64,000 bases of DNA, from the NCBI GenBank assembly GCA_014905635.1, contig JABVCE010000002.1, forward strand, positions 1,550,001 through 1,614,000. The letters are read 5' to 3'. Each line of letters begins with the position of its first letter. The stretch's first letter is position 1. The notes beneath the pieces are model-generated. The model did no database searches and was not told the DNA's origin. It saw only the letters and a program-made list of their open reading frames with translations. Position numbers and translations under genes: made by a program. Origin of the DNA: Scenedesmus sp. PABB004 (Eukaryota). Shown in pieces: positions 33,291 through 48,009 of this stretch.

Positions 33291-34190
33291 CCTCCCACGG
33301 CGGCGCCAAGCCACAGCGCAGCTAGGGGCAGCCGCAGGCGTGCCGCCGCGTGCTGGGCGGCGTGCATTGGTCACGCGGGGCGCCGCCCAGCAGCAGCAAG
33401 AGTGGCACGCAGCGGCAGCAGCGCCGTCTAAACCATGCGCGGCAGGCAGGGGCGGCGGCGCAGTGCACGTGTGTGGTCTTCCCACGGCACGCCGCCCCGC
33501 CTTGCGACGTTGCTAAGAACACACGCGCCGCGCGCGAGCGGGCCGTGCAGCTAGGGGCGACCGCTGGCCGCGCGCCGCTGCGTGCTGGGCGGCGTGCATG
33601 AGTCACGCGAGGCGCCGCCCAGCAGCAGCAAGAGTGGCACGCAGCGGCAGCAGCGCCGTCTAAACCATGCGCGGCAGGCAGGGGCGGCGGCGCAGTGCAC
33701 GTGTGTGGTCTTCCCACGGCACGCCGCCCCGTCTGCGACGCTGCTAAGAACACACGAGCCGCGCGCGAGCGGGCTGTGCAGCTAGGGGCGACCGCTGGCC
33801 GCGCACGCCGCTGCGTGCTGGGCGGCGTGCATTAGTCACGCGAGGCGCCGCCCAGCAGCAGCTCAAAGGGTGGCACGCAGCGGCAGCAGCGCCGTCCAAA
33901 CTATGCGCGGCAGGCAGGGGCGGCGGCGCAGTGCACGTGTGTGGTCTTCCCACGGCACGCCGCCCCGCCTTGCGACGTTGCTAAGAACACACGAGCGCCG
34001 CGCGAGCGGGCCGTGCAGCTAGGGGCGACCGCTGGCCGCGCGCGCCGCTGCGTGCTGGGCGGCGTGCATTAGTCACGCGAGGCGCCGCCCAGCAGCAGCT
34101 CAAAGGGTGGCACGCAGCGGCAGCAGCAGTGCCGTCTAAACGGTGCGGGCGGCGGCGCCGCAGTGCACGTGCAGTGGTCCTCCCACGGCG
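33291..34190. repeat. Tandem array of ~3.7 copies of a ~230-240 bp unit with internal inverted repeats
   Basis: CTAGGGG recurs at 33322, 33551, 33782 and 34019. GTCYAAAC recurs at 33426, 33658, 33894 and 34134. Inner copies are nearly identical; the ends are degenerate. Confidence 0.95.
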
Positions 34191-35296
34191 CGCTGCGCAG
34201 CCCGCGTGTGTGGCTTCAAGAGCGCAGTTGGCTGGCAGCGTGCAGGCTGTGGCAGCAGCACAGCCGCGCGGGCGCGATAAGAAGGCAAAAAACTCGGTGC
34301 AGCGCCGCGCGAAAAGCGGCGGTCAAGGCTGCGCGAGATCAAAGGCCCAGCGTGCGCCGTGCCTCAGTTGTGAGGCTGCGCCGCTTGTTCTTGGCCTGCG
34401 CGGCGACGTGCGGTGGGCGGAGGAGGTCAGGGAGCGCCCGGGCGGCGCGGACTGCGCGCGGCGCTGGCGGGCTGGCGGGTCACCGGCCGACGGGGCACTG
34501 CTGTCCCTGGCCCCGCTGAGGGCCGCCCGCCGCATGCACTCGGCGCGCCGCGCGGGAGCCACGGAAACGCCCCGGTGCAGCCCGTGGACGCGTCGGCGCG
34601 GCGCGCGGCTGGCTGCGGGGCCGCGACTTCGGCGTCGGTGGGTGTGCCGCGCCACGCACCTGCGAAACCTCTCGCCGGGTGGCCCATCAGCATTCTTTGT
34701 GGCCCATCAGCATCGTGTGTGCCCGGTGAGGACTTGGGGCCGGTCGCGACGCCACCAGGTGGCGGGCGCCATCTCTCAGCACTGTCTACGCGGCAGCGTA
34801 GCGTGCTGCGCGCGGCCGGATGGGGTCGGAGACGTGGCGGAGAGGGGGAGCGTAGAGCTGGTGGAGCGGGGGAGGCTGCGGGCTTATAGCGGCGCGGGGC
34901 CACAAACGCGCGGTTCGCCCCTCCCGCATACGGCCTGACCCCCGCACCCCCGCGCCCGCGCGCAGCGCCTGCCGGACGCGCGATCTGAGTTGAAAAACAC
35001 CTGCAAAGCCTTTCCGTGGCCACGGCGCGGGCGTTGGATGCCTGCGCAGGCGAGCGTATCTGGCATCCGCCCGCGCTCGCCCACCCGCCTGGGCGGACAT
35101 CCGCCGGGTCCCGCCCCCTGCGCCGCCGAGTCCCGCCCGTGCGCCGCCGCCGCGGACTGACTGGCCGCGCCGGGCCCTCGCAGCGTTGCTCGCGCGCTGC
35201 GCCGGCGGCACCGGCCGCCGCCGTCCGCCGCCGCTGTCCGCCGCGACTCGCTGTGCACAAGACGGGCCAGCGAGGTCGTCGTGGCAGCTTCAGCTT

Positions 35297-35301
35297 TTAC
35301 A
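35297..35301 (-). terminator. Candidate TGTAA poly(A) signal for the B12D-like gene
   Basis: TTACA on the + strand (TGTAA on -), about 690 nt downstream of the B12D-like stop. Confidence 0.35.
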
Positions 35302-35985
35302 AGTCTGGACTTTCACAAGCCCCGGTGCTGTGGTCAACCAAGGTCAATCCGCCCTCTCCCCCATACACACGCCCGCGCGCCGTGCTCGAGCGCGCACAGC
35401 GCCGCCGGCGCTGCCGCGGCGCAAGCCGCCGCCGGCCGCTCAAACAACATACCAGTACAAGGCGTCCGCGCGCCCCGCTCCGACTCGCAGCGACCCGCTT
35501 GCGGGGGGGGTCGCTGAATCGCGGCGCGCGCGCACGGGGGCCGTCGGCGCCGCCGGCCGCCCGGCCTGCCGCGCCGGCCCACCTGCCGTGCTGCTGCTGC
35601 TGCTGCCACGCGGCTCCCACCACACCGCCCGCCGAGGGACCGATGCGCGGCACGCGCCGTCGCGTGGAGATCAAGGCCCAGCGCTTGCCCAGCCCAGCGC
35701 CAGAGAGGGCAGGCGCCTCACGCCTCGTTGCCGACGGACTGTCTGACAGGCGCGCACTGCGCGCCAGGGCATGCGCCCCCCGAGGTCTGGCTGGCAGCTG
35801 GCCCATGCGAGCCCACCGACCCAGGCCCGGCCATGCGCTGCTGGCCTGCGCGCGGCGGGCAGGGCAGCCGGGGGTCGGCGAGCGCGGGGCCGGCGCGGGC
35901 GCGGGCGGCAGTGCCGGGCGCACGCCGCCAGTCCACGCACCTGTGGCCGCGCGTGGGCGCGCCCCCGCGCGTGCGCCGGCGGCGC

Positions 35986-36731
35986 TCAGGCGGTGCGCTG
36001 GATGGGCATGGCCATGGGGCCGTTGTTGAAGATGCTGATGTCGCCGGCGCGGATGCGGCTGTCAAACCAGCCGCGCACGCTCTGGCGCCACTCCTCGCCG
36101 TACGAGCGCGCCTTGGCGCAGTCGATGGCCATGTCGACGGAGTGCGTCCTGCGCGCCGCGGCGGGCGGGCGGGCGGGCGCGGTGAGCAGCGCGCGCGGGG
36201 CGGGCGGGCGGCGGCGCCGCTGCAGGGCCGCCGCGCGGCGGCCCGCGCGCTGCCTGCACGCGCGCGTGCCTGGTGTCGGGGTCGGCCACGACGGTGCGGC
36301 TGAACATGTAGGTGAACAGGCCGCCGGCGAGCGCCACGGGCGCCGCGACGGGCCAGACCTGCGCGGCGGCGGCGGCGGCGGCGGCGCAGCCGCGCGTGTG
36401 GGCGGGCTGCGGCTGAGCTGCTGCCGGTGAGCTGGCGCGCGAGCGGCTGCGGGGCGCGCCGCGCGGCGGGGGCGCGCCGACCAGATCCTCGGACCCGCGG
36501 GCCGCGCCCCCGGCAGGCGCGCGCTGCCCGGCGGCGCGCCCGGGCGCACGGTGGCCCCGGTTCACAGCGCCCCAGGCACCGGCGCCGCCCGCAGGCCCGC
36601 CAGCGAACGGCGCGGGCGTGGGAGGCTGCAGCCTCCTTGCGCCGCGCGCTGTGTGCGCCCGCGCGCCCGCGGCGCACCTCAACGGGGAAGAACTTGGCCA
36701 CCACCGACGTGGTCGCGCGAGCCGCCACCAT
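35986..36731 (-). CDS. B12D / NDUFA4-like small mitochondrial membrane protein
   Basis: 3 exons: MVAARATTSVVAKFFPVEVWPVAAPVALAGGLFTYMFSRTVVADPDTRTHSVDMAIDCAKARSYGEEWRQSVRGWF... The PxEVxP motif, single TM helix and DPD match the B12D/NDUFA4 pattern. Confidence 0.7.
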
Positions 36732-37065
36732 CGTGCCGCTGCTGTTGGGGGCGCGGGGGGCGCGGGGGGAGCGGCGGGCGCGGGGGGCGCGTGTGTGTTG
36801 AGCTGGCGAGGGCGCGGCGAGCAGCTGGCCGGGGCGGGCGGGCGGCGGGCGGCTATCTGGGGCGGAGGTTGTGTTAGGCGGGCTCCCAGGGCGCTGCCGC
36901 CACGCGCCAGTCGCGACCAGCCGCCGATTACCCGCGCCACGAAGCGCGCCGCCGCTGCGCGCCGCGCCGCCGCCGCCGCCGGCCCGCCCCCGCGCGCCGG
37001 GCGCTGCCGCTGCGTCCCCGCCGCTGCGCCCCCGCCACGCCTCCGCTGCGCCCCCGCGCGCGCGC

Positions 37066-40448
<3,383 letters not shown>

Positions 40449-40790
40449 CGTGGGCGCGAGCTGCTGCGGCCGGGCGGACGCGCGACGGCTGCTGGCGCGG
40501 CGGCGGGAGGCGATGAGCTGTGGCGCAACGTGGCGGAGAGCGAGAGCCATATGGGCCGAGCCGCGCGGCCGCGAGCGAAAGGGGCGGCGAGGCGTGGGCG
40601 CACAAACCCGCCTCAACGCCTGCGATGCCGGCAACGCCCACGCCGCCGCGCATTACCACGCAACTCCACACGCCGCGGCGCAGCACCAGCCGGCGCGGCA
40701 GCGACTGCGGCGGCGCCGCCGGCAGCGCCCGCGGCGCGGCGCCGCCAACCGCTCCCAGCCGCGCTGTTGGCGCCTCGGTGACGGGCCCCG

Positions 40791-41471
40791 TCAGCAGTCC
40801 GTGAGGTCCACGACCTCCACGTCCTTTGACAGCGACAGCGGCGCGGCGCCGAACAGCGAGCGCCGGCGCGCGCCGCTGCCGGAGCCGCAGCCCGCCCCCG
40901 CGCCGGCCGGCGACGGCAGCGGCTGCTGCGCCGCCGCCGCTGTGGGGCTCGGCCCCGCCATGTCACCCAGCAGCGCCTCGTAGGCGTGGCTGAAGCGCGG
41001 CGGTGAGTGGAAGAGCTCGCGCGCGCGCTCGGTGGGCGCGCGCTTCGCGGGCGGCGCCGCCGCGCCGGCCGCCGCCGCAGCTGCTGCTGCCCCGCTGCCA
41101 CCGCCGCGCTGCGTGGCGAGGCGCGCCGCCAGCGGCAGCACGTCGGGCGACTCCGTTATGTCGACGACCTCCGGCGGGCTGGGCGCCCTGTCCAGCTGCT
41201 GCGCGCCGCTGGCGGGCTGCAGGAAGCGCTCCAGCGCGCCCGGCTGCATGCCGCCGCCAGCCTTGCCGCCCCGCCCGCGGCCCGGCGCGGCGGCGCGCGG
41301 CTTGGCCGAGCTGGCGGAGGCCGCGCCGCCCACAAACACGCGGCGCGCGCAGGGCTGCACCTCATCGTGTATGGGCGGCGCCCTGGCTGTCGCCGCCGCC
41401 GCGGGCCCTGGGCCGTAGCCCCACACGTCGGCCTGCGACGACTGCTGCGACAGCTGCTGCTGCTCCTGCTG

Positions 41472-41549
<78 letters not shown>

Positions 41550-44500
41550 CTGCGGCGTGTGGTGCTCCGTAAGCCAGTCCATGAAGCTTTGCCGCTCCGG
41601 CTGCCCGGCGGCGCCGCCGCGCGCGGGCGCCTCGGCCGCGGCTGCGACTGGCAGCCCGCGCAGAGCGATGCTGGGCGCCGTGCCGCCCCGCTGCGCCGCC
41701 GCGATGCCGGCCAGCCCCGGGATGGCGCCACTGGGCAGCGCGGCCCGGTCGGCGCCGGGCTTGGAGGGCGGCCGCGCCGGTTGGCTGTAGTCCTGCGCAG
41801 GCAGCGCGCGCGTGGCGGGGGGCCCCCGCTGGCTGGGCAGGGGCAGCGAGCAGCGGCACGCGCGGCCGCGCCCGCGCGCCCGCCCGGCCGCGCGGCGCCG
41901 CACCTTGACGGTGTTGAAAAAGTCCTTGAGCTGCCGCTGGCTGCCCGGCTCCGCCGCCGCCGCGGGCTTCTTGGCCCGCGAGGAGCGCGGCCGCGCGGCG
42001 CTGAGCGGCGGGTTCCTGCGGGGCGGGCGCCACGGCTCGGCACCCGCGCGCGTCGCCGCCGGCGGGCCCGCCCCGGCGCGCGCGGCCGGCCAGCCCACCT
42101 GAACGCCGCCACGACGTCTGGCCACACCGCCTCCATGAGGCTGCAGCGCACGCTGCGGTGCTCGCTGAACGGCAGCGAGCCGCCGGCGCTGCCGCCGCTG
42201 CGGCCGCGCCCGCTGCCCCCGGCCTGGCTGCCGCCCGGCGCCTGGCTGCCGCCCGGCGCCTGGCTGCCCGCCTGGCTCGCCTGCAGGGCAAAGCCCTGCG
42301 ACAGCGCCGGCTCGTCGCCGTCGTCGCCGCCGCCGAGCGCCGCCGCGCCGGCGGGCTCTGCCGCCGCCGCGCGCCCGCCCGGGGCGGCCTTGGGCGGCCT
42401 GCTGCGCGCCGTCCCCGCCAGCCACGCCAGGTCAATGTCCAGGTCCTCCTCTGCCTCGCTGCTGTCCTGCGCGCTGCTGCCGGCGGGCCGCTGCAGCCGC
42501 TCCACGGCCAGCACGTAGCGCCAGGCCTGCCCGTCGCCGCCGCGGGCGCTGACCTTGCGCACCGCGGTCGGCCGGAACTGCACGCCCGCCGCCGGCGCCG
42601 GGCGGGGGCCCTGGCGCACGTCCCACTCGAGCAGCAGCGGCAGCAGCTTCAGCCGCACCTGGCGCGGGGGGGCGCGGCGCCGCGGCAGCAGCGTGCGCGC
42701 GCGTGAGCGCGGGCTCGCTGCGGCCGAGCGGCCCGCGGCGGCGGCACACGCCGCGTGCCGCGACCTGGCGATGGTCCCAGTCCTTGATGTAGCCGCACAC
42801 GACCTCGCTGATGCGCCGCACATCGGGCCGCGCGCGCCAGGCAAACACGTTGGCCCCGCCCGGCGCCGGCAGGCCGTACTCGCGCTGCACTGCCGCAATC
42901 GCGGCGCGCATCTGCTCGCCGTACGCCGCCGCCGCCGCCCTGGGGGTGGGTGAGGGGCGAGCGCGGGGTCGGGTCGGGCGGCGGCGGCGGCGCGGCGCCG
43001 CGTGCGCGCGCCGAGCTGCCCGTGCGCACCTGCAGGCGTCGACGAAGCCCGGCGTCGCCGCTGCGCGCCGCACGACGCGGTTGAGCAGCCGCTCGTCGGC
43101 GCGGCGGTGGAACTCGCACTCGCACGCCGCCCAGTCCCGCGGCAGGCAGCCGTCGGCGCGGCCGCAGCCCGCGCAGCCGTGGCGCGCGGTGTGGCGGGCG
43201 ATGCGGCTCTTGCGCCCGCCCTCGTGCCCACACGCCTTGCAGCCGGTGCACTTGGTGAGCGCGTCGAGCGCGGGGTCGGGCCCCGCAGCGATCGCCGCCT
43301 CGAGCCGGCGCAGCACGTCGCCGTCGTCCTGGGCGAGGGGGCGGGCCGCCGGGCGGGGCGGCGACGGGCTGGGACACGGCGCCCCGCGGCGGCGCCCCGC
43401 GGCGGCGGGGGAGCGCCGGCCGGGCCGCGCCGCCGCGCCCGCGCCAGGCCGCGTCGCCGCCGCCGCCGCCGCACCTGGCAGTCGCGCAGCAGGTGGCGCA
43501 CCGCCGCCAGCGCCAGCGTCTCGCCGACCTGCTCCGCGCCCGTGGCATCGTAATCGCCGCCCGCGAGTTGCGCCACCGCGACCAGCGCTGCGTCGCCGCC
43601 CTCGCTGATGCCGAGCACGCGCTGCACGTCGGCGCGGCTGCACACCGTGAGCTGCGACGACGCGGGGTCGCTCGTCTGCGGCGCGGCAGCGCGGCAGTCG
43701 GCGCGCGCGGCGGTGGGGGCGGGGCGGCGCTGGGCGGGGCGGGGCCCGGAGCTGCCCGTGGCCGCCGCTGCGCCCACTCCCTGGCTGCGCCCCGCGCACC
43801 GTGAGGTGGGCGTGGCGGTAGACGGTGAGCGCGCCGAAGAGCAGCGCGTCCACGTCGAGCGTCGCGCACGCGTGCGCCCAGCCGCACAGGTTGAGCGCCG
43901 CGCACGTGGCCTCGGCCTCGCCGACCGCCTGCACGCACGGCACGCCCTGCGGCGCGGCGGGGGCGGTGGGTGCGGCGGGGGCGGCCCGCGCCAGCGGCGC
44001 GCGCGGCTGCGCCGCCGCAGCCGTCGCGCCGCGCCGTGGGCTCACAAAGGCGTCCAGCACCCGCTTCACCGCCTGGCCCAGCTTGTCAAACTGCCCGCCC
44101 GCGCGGTTGCCGACATCGTACGTGCGCGCGGCAGGGCCATACTGCGCCCTGCACCTGCGCGGCGGGCGGCGCCGCGGGCGCGGGCTCGGCCCGGCCCCGC
44201 CGCTGCCGCGGCGCCGGGCGCGGGCCGCCGCGGCGCGCGCCGCGCGCCGCACCGCGCGCGCAGCGTGTCGAGCTTGGCGGCGGGCGTGCACCCCTCGACC
44301 ACAAACACGGGCAGGCAGCCGTAGCGGAGCCAGTGGATGACGCGGTCGAACACCACTTTGACCGCGCAGGCAAAGGGCGAGGGATAGTGCTCCAGCAGCG
44401 CGGGCTGCGTCTGCGCCTGCATCAGCCACACGGACAGGTCCACCGCGACCACGCGGTGCTCCACGCCCTCCACGATGTCGGCGTGCTGCGCCGCGCCCGA

Positions 44501-44652
44501 GTAGGTGCTCACCGCGCCGCCCTTGGCCAGCGCCTTCCACAGGCCCGTGATGCCCTGCGCGCGGCGCGGCGCGGCGGTTGCCGCTGCGCTGCCGCGCTGC
44601 GCTGCGCCGCGCCGCTGCTGTGGCGGCTGCAGAGCCCAGAGACACTCGCCAT
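40791..44652 (-). CDS. GEN1: XPG/Rad2 family nuclease, GEN1-like Holliday junction resolvase
   Basis: M|GITGLW (ATG on its own exon), VAVDLSVW, PVFVVEG, GEAEATCAALN, LDVDALLFGA, AGGDYD. Cys/His-rich insert CTGCKACGH...CECEFH as in plant GEN1. Long disordered C-terminus. Confidence 0.88.
41455..41548. repeat. (CTG)n coding repeat, poly-Gln in GEN1
   Basis: Long CTG run, read as Gln on the minus strand. Confidence 0.9.
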
Positions 44653-44959
44653 GGTGCCTGCTCGGGCTCCGGCGGGCGGCAGGGGCGTGCCGTCACGCCA
44701 TGGGGGCGGGCGCCGACCCGCGGGCGCGCCGCTGCTGTCGCGAACTCAGCACCGCCGCTGCGGGCCGGCGGCGCCGCGCTGCCTGTGTCTGTGCGCGGCG
44801 CTGACTGCAGGCGCGCCCCGCGGCAGCTGCTGGAGCTCCGGGCGGCGGCGAGCGGCGCGTGCGCCGAGCGCCAACCTCTCGCGGTTGCTGCTGCTGCTGC
44901 TGCTCGCGTGACCTGCTGCGAACGGTGTGGAGCGGGAACGTCGCGCTGAGCCCTTGCGC

Positions 44960-45004
44960 CGCCGCCGGGAGTTGCGACGCGCCGCCGGGAGTTGCGACGC
45001 GCCG
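44960..45004. repeat. Exact 20-bp tandem duplication in the GEN1/YegS divergent promoter
   Basis: GCCGCCGGGAGTTGCGACGC at 44961 and 44981, plus a partial third copy. Confidence 0.9.
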
Positions 45005-45138
45005 ACAGTGACGCAGCGCGCGGCACCCACAAGCCGCCGCTTCAATCGTCAGCCAGCAGCCAGTCGCACGCGCTCCCAGCGGTGCTGCCACGCGCCCACC
45101 ACCACCGCCGCTGCCGCGCGCTGGGGCCGCTGCTGCCG

Positions 45139-47689
45139 ATGCAAGCGCTCGCCGCCGCGGCGCCGCGGCGCCCCTGCGCCGCCGCCCCCGCCGCCAGGGG
45201 GACGCCCAACGCCTCCAGCTTCCGCGCCGGCCCGCCGCGCCGCGCCGCGCCGCCGCGCCGCGCCGGGCCCGCGGGGCGAGCTGCTGCCAGCTCGGCGGCG
45301 AGCGAGGGTGTGGCGCCGCGCCGCCGCCGCGCGCACCTGATCTTCAACCCCGTCGCAGGCCAGGTGGGGGGCCCACGGCGCAGCGCCACCACCCCGGCGC
45401 GCAGCGCGCAGCATGCAGCGCGCGGCCGCCGCAGCGCGCGCCCGGCGCCGCCTGGGCGCCAATGGGCGGCGAGCGGCCGAGCTCGCCCCGTGTCGCCCTT
45501 GTTCAGGAGAACCCTGCTGCAATTTTGGGCGACATCGCGCTCAAGCTTTGCGCTGAGTACGAGCTGGTGGTGCTGCAGACGCAGGCGCGCGGGCGGGCGG
45601 GCGGGGCCGGCGCAGGCTGCGAGCGCTGCGTCTGGGTCATGCAGGCGGGCCCTCCAGCCCTCCAGCCCTCCAGCCCTGCAGCCGGCCGCCGCTCACCGCG
45701 CGGCCCCGCGGCGTCGCAGCCCGACGTGGGCCCCGAGGCGCTCGCGCGCGCCGCGCTCGAGGTGCGGGCGTGCGGGGCCCCGCGCGCAGCGCGCAGCCCC
45801 TCGCGCGTGCCCCCGGCGCCCGGGCGCGCCGCCCTCTGACCCCGCCCGCCCGCGCGCGCGCCCCGCCCCGCAGGACGGCGCAGACGTGGTCATCGCGTCG
45901 GGCGGCGACGGCACCGTCGGCGCGGTCGCGGGCGTCCTCGCGGGCAGCGGGCGCGCCCTCGGCATTGTGCCGCGCGGCACCGCCAACGCGTTCTCCGTGG
46001 CGCTCGGCATTCCGACGCACCTCGACGACCCCACGGGCTTCCACCTCGCAGCCGCAGACATCATCCTCGCGGTGCGCCGCGCCCGCGCGGGGTGCGCGCC
46101 GGCGGCGGCGGGGCGACGCGCGGCTGGCGCGCCGGCCGCGCGGCGCAGGGCCACACGCGCGCCGTCGACACCGCGCGCGTGACCACGAGCGAGGTGGAGG
46201 GCTACCCCATGATTCTGCTGCTGGGCATCGGCTTCGAGGCAGAGGCGCGGCGCGGGCGGGGGCTCGCGGCGCGGCGCGGCGCGGCGCGGCGCGGCGCCCC
46301 CGCCGGCCGGCGCGACCGCCGGCGAGCGCCGCGCGGGCGCCGCGAGGCCGGCCGCGGCCTGCGCCGCGACGCGTCGCGTCGCGTCACGTCGGCGCAGATG
46401 TGTGACGCTGCTGACCGGGAGCTCAAGGACGCGCTGGGGCCGCTGGCCTACATCGTGTCGGGCGCGCAGGCCCTGCTGGGGGCAGCCAACTTCCACGCGC
46501 GCGTGACCGTGGACGGCGAGCACGCCGAGGTGTGGGTGTGCGGGGGGGGGGGGGGGCAGATGCGCGTGCGCTGCCCGTGACGCGGGCAGGCCCGGGCGGC
46601 AGCGCAGTCAGCGGGCCGCGCGGCGCTCGCAGGGCGACGTCGCGGCAATCACCATCGCCAACGCGGCGCCGCCGTTCTCCGTGCTGGCGCACGGGCACAC
46701 GGGGGAGTGCATCTTTGACGGTGCGCGAGCGAGCGCGCAGGGGCGCGAGCGGGCGTCGCCGGCAGCTCAGCGCGGGCGCGCCGCAGCCGCCCCCGCCCCT
46801 CCCCACGCCCGCTCGCGCCCCCGCGCGCCCCCCGGCCCGCGTGCCACCCGGCGTGGCCAGACGGCAAGCTCGAGGCCATCGGCTACGTCGCCGCTGAGGG
46901 CAGCACTGCGCCGCTCGCCAACGCGGTCAACATGGTCTGCGCAGCGCCAGGGATGCACCTGCGCCGCGCCGCCGACCCCCGCCGCCACCCAACCCCGCCG
47001 CCGCCACTGCGCATGCAGGTCCGCCTCTTCAGCGGCGTGATGTTTGGCGACGCGCCAGTGCAGGACGAGGAGCGCATCTTCGGCGGCAGGCGCGGCGGCG
47101 GCGCACCCGGGGCGGCGCGCGGCCGGCAGGCGCGGCGGTGCCGTGGCGGCGCCGCCACGCGCAGCGCACCCGGGGTGCCGCAGGTACTCGGAGATAAGGG
47201 TGGAGTGCGAGCCGCCGCAAAAGGTGCGCCCGACGGGGCGGCCCGCGCGGGCTGCGGCGGGGGCTGTGCCAGCTGGGCAGCGCTGCCAGGCCGCGCGCTC
47301 GCGCCGCCTGCCGCGACCGCAGGTCGTGCTGGACGGCGAGCTGCTGGGCACCACCCCCGTGGTGCGCGGGCCGAGCGCGCGCGCGCGCTCGACGCGTCCG
47401 ATGCGCCCGTGCGCGCCCGCGTGCGACGCGCGCACACCGCCGCCGCCGGCAGGTCGCGCGCGTGCTGCCCGGCAGCCTCACCGTGTTGGTGCCGGAGCCG
47501 TCGTCGTCGCCGGAGCTGGCCGCCGAGCTGGCCGAGCAGGAGGGCATTGAGCCGGCTGTGGCGGAGCTGGTGGTGGAGGAGCTGGTGGAGGAGCTGGGCG
47601 ACGCGGCGGCGGCGGCCATCGCCGCTAAGCGCGGCGAGCGCGCGGCAGAGGAGGACCGGCCCGTCGTCGCGCCGCGCGCCGGCGAGTGA
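45139..47689 (+). CDS. YegS/Rv2252/BmrU family lipid (diacylglycerol) kinase, probably plastid-targeted
   Basis: Ala/Arg/Ser-rich transit-like N-terminus, then LIFNPVAGQ, VIASGGDGTV, LGIVPRGTANAFSVALGIP, LLLGIGFEAEM, LGPLAYI, ITIANAAPP, PPQKVVLDGE. 12 exons. Confidence 0.9.
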
Positions 47690-48009
47690 GGAGGAGAGCG
47701 TGCGTGGGAGGAGGGCTCCCAAGTTGAGGGCTGCCGCCCCCGTTGGTTGCCGGGAAACGGTGCCGTCCCCGCGGCAAAGGCAGCTGCGGCAACGGCCGGC
47801 GTCTCTGGTGCTCAGGGCTCAGCGCTCAGCGGCCCTGCTCCAACCGCTCGCTCCCTGGGCTCGCTCGCTGTGACACGAACAGGAACCGCCTGGCACCGCG
47901 AGCTGGCCGCGCTCGCACGCGTGCACGCGCCGCCGCTGCCAGTGCCGCCGCTGCCAGTGCCGCCGCCGCTGCCAGTGCCGCCGCCGCTCTCGCTCCAGCG
48001 CGCCGAAGC

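Noticed and set aside
33291..34190. Array as CRISPR, Helitron end or hammerhead retrozyme
   Set aside because: Whole units repeat with no unique spacers and no cas genes. CTAG is not followed by the T of an A|T target. There is no CTGANGA/GAAA hammerhead core on either strand.
32885..35310. TAAAAGCT / AGCTTTTA as terminal inverted repeats of the intergenic island
   Set aside because: Only 8 bp match, there is no flanking duplication, and the right copy overlaps a likely poly(A) signal.
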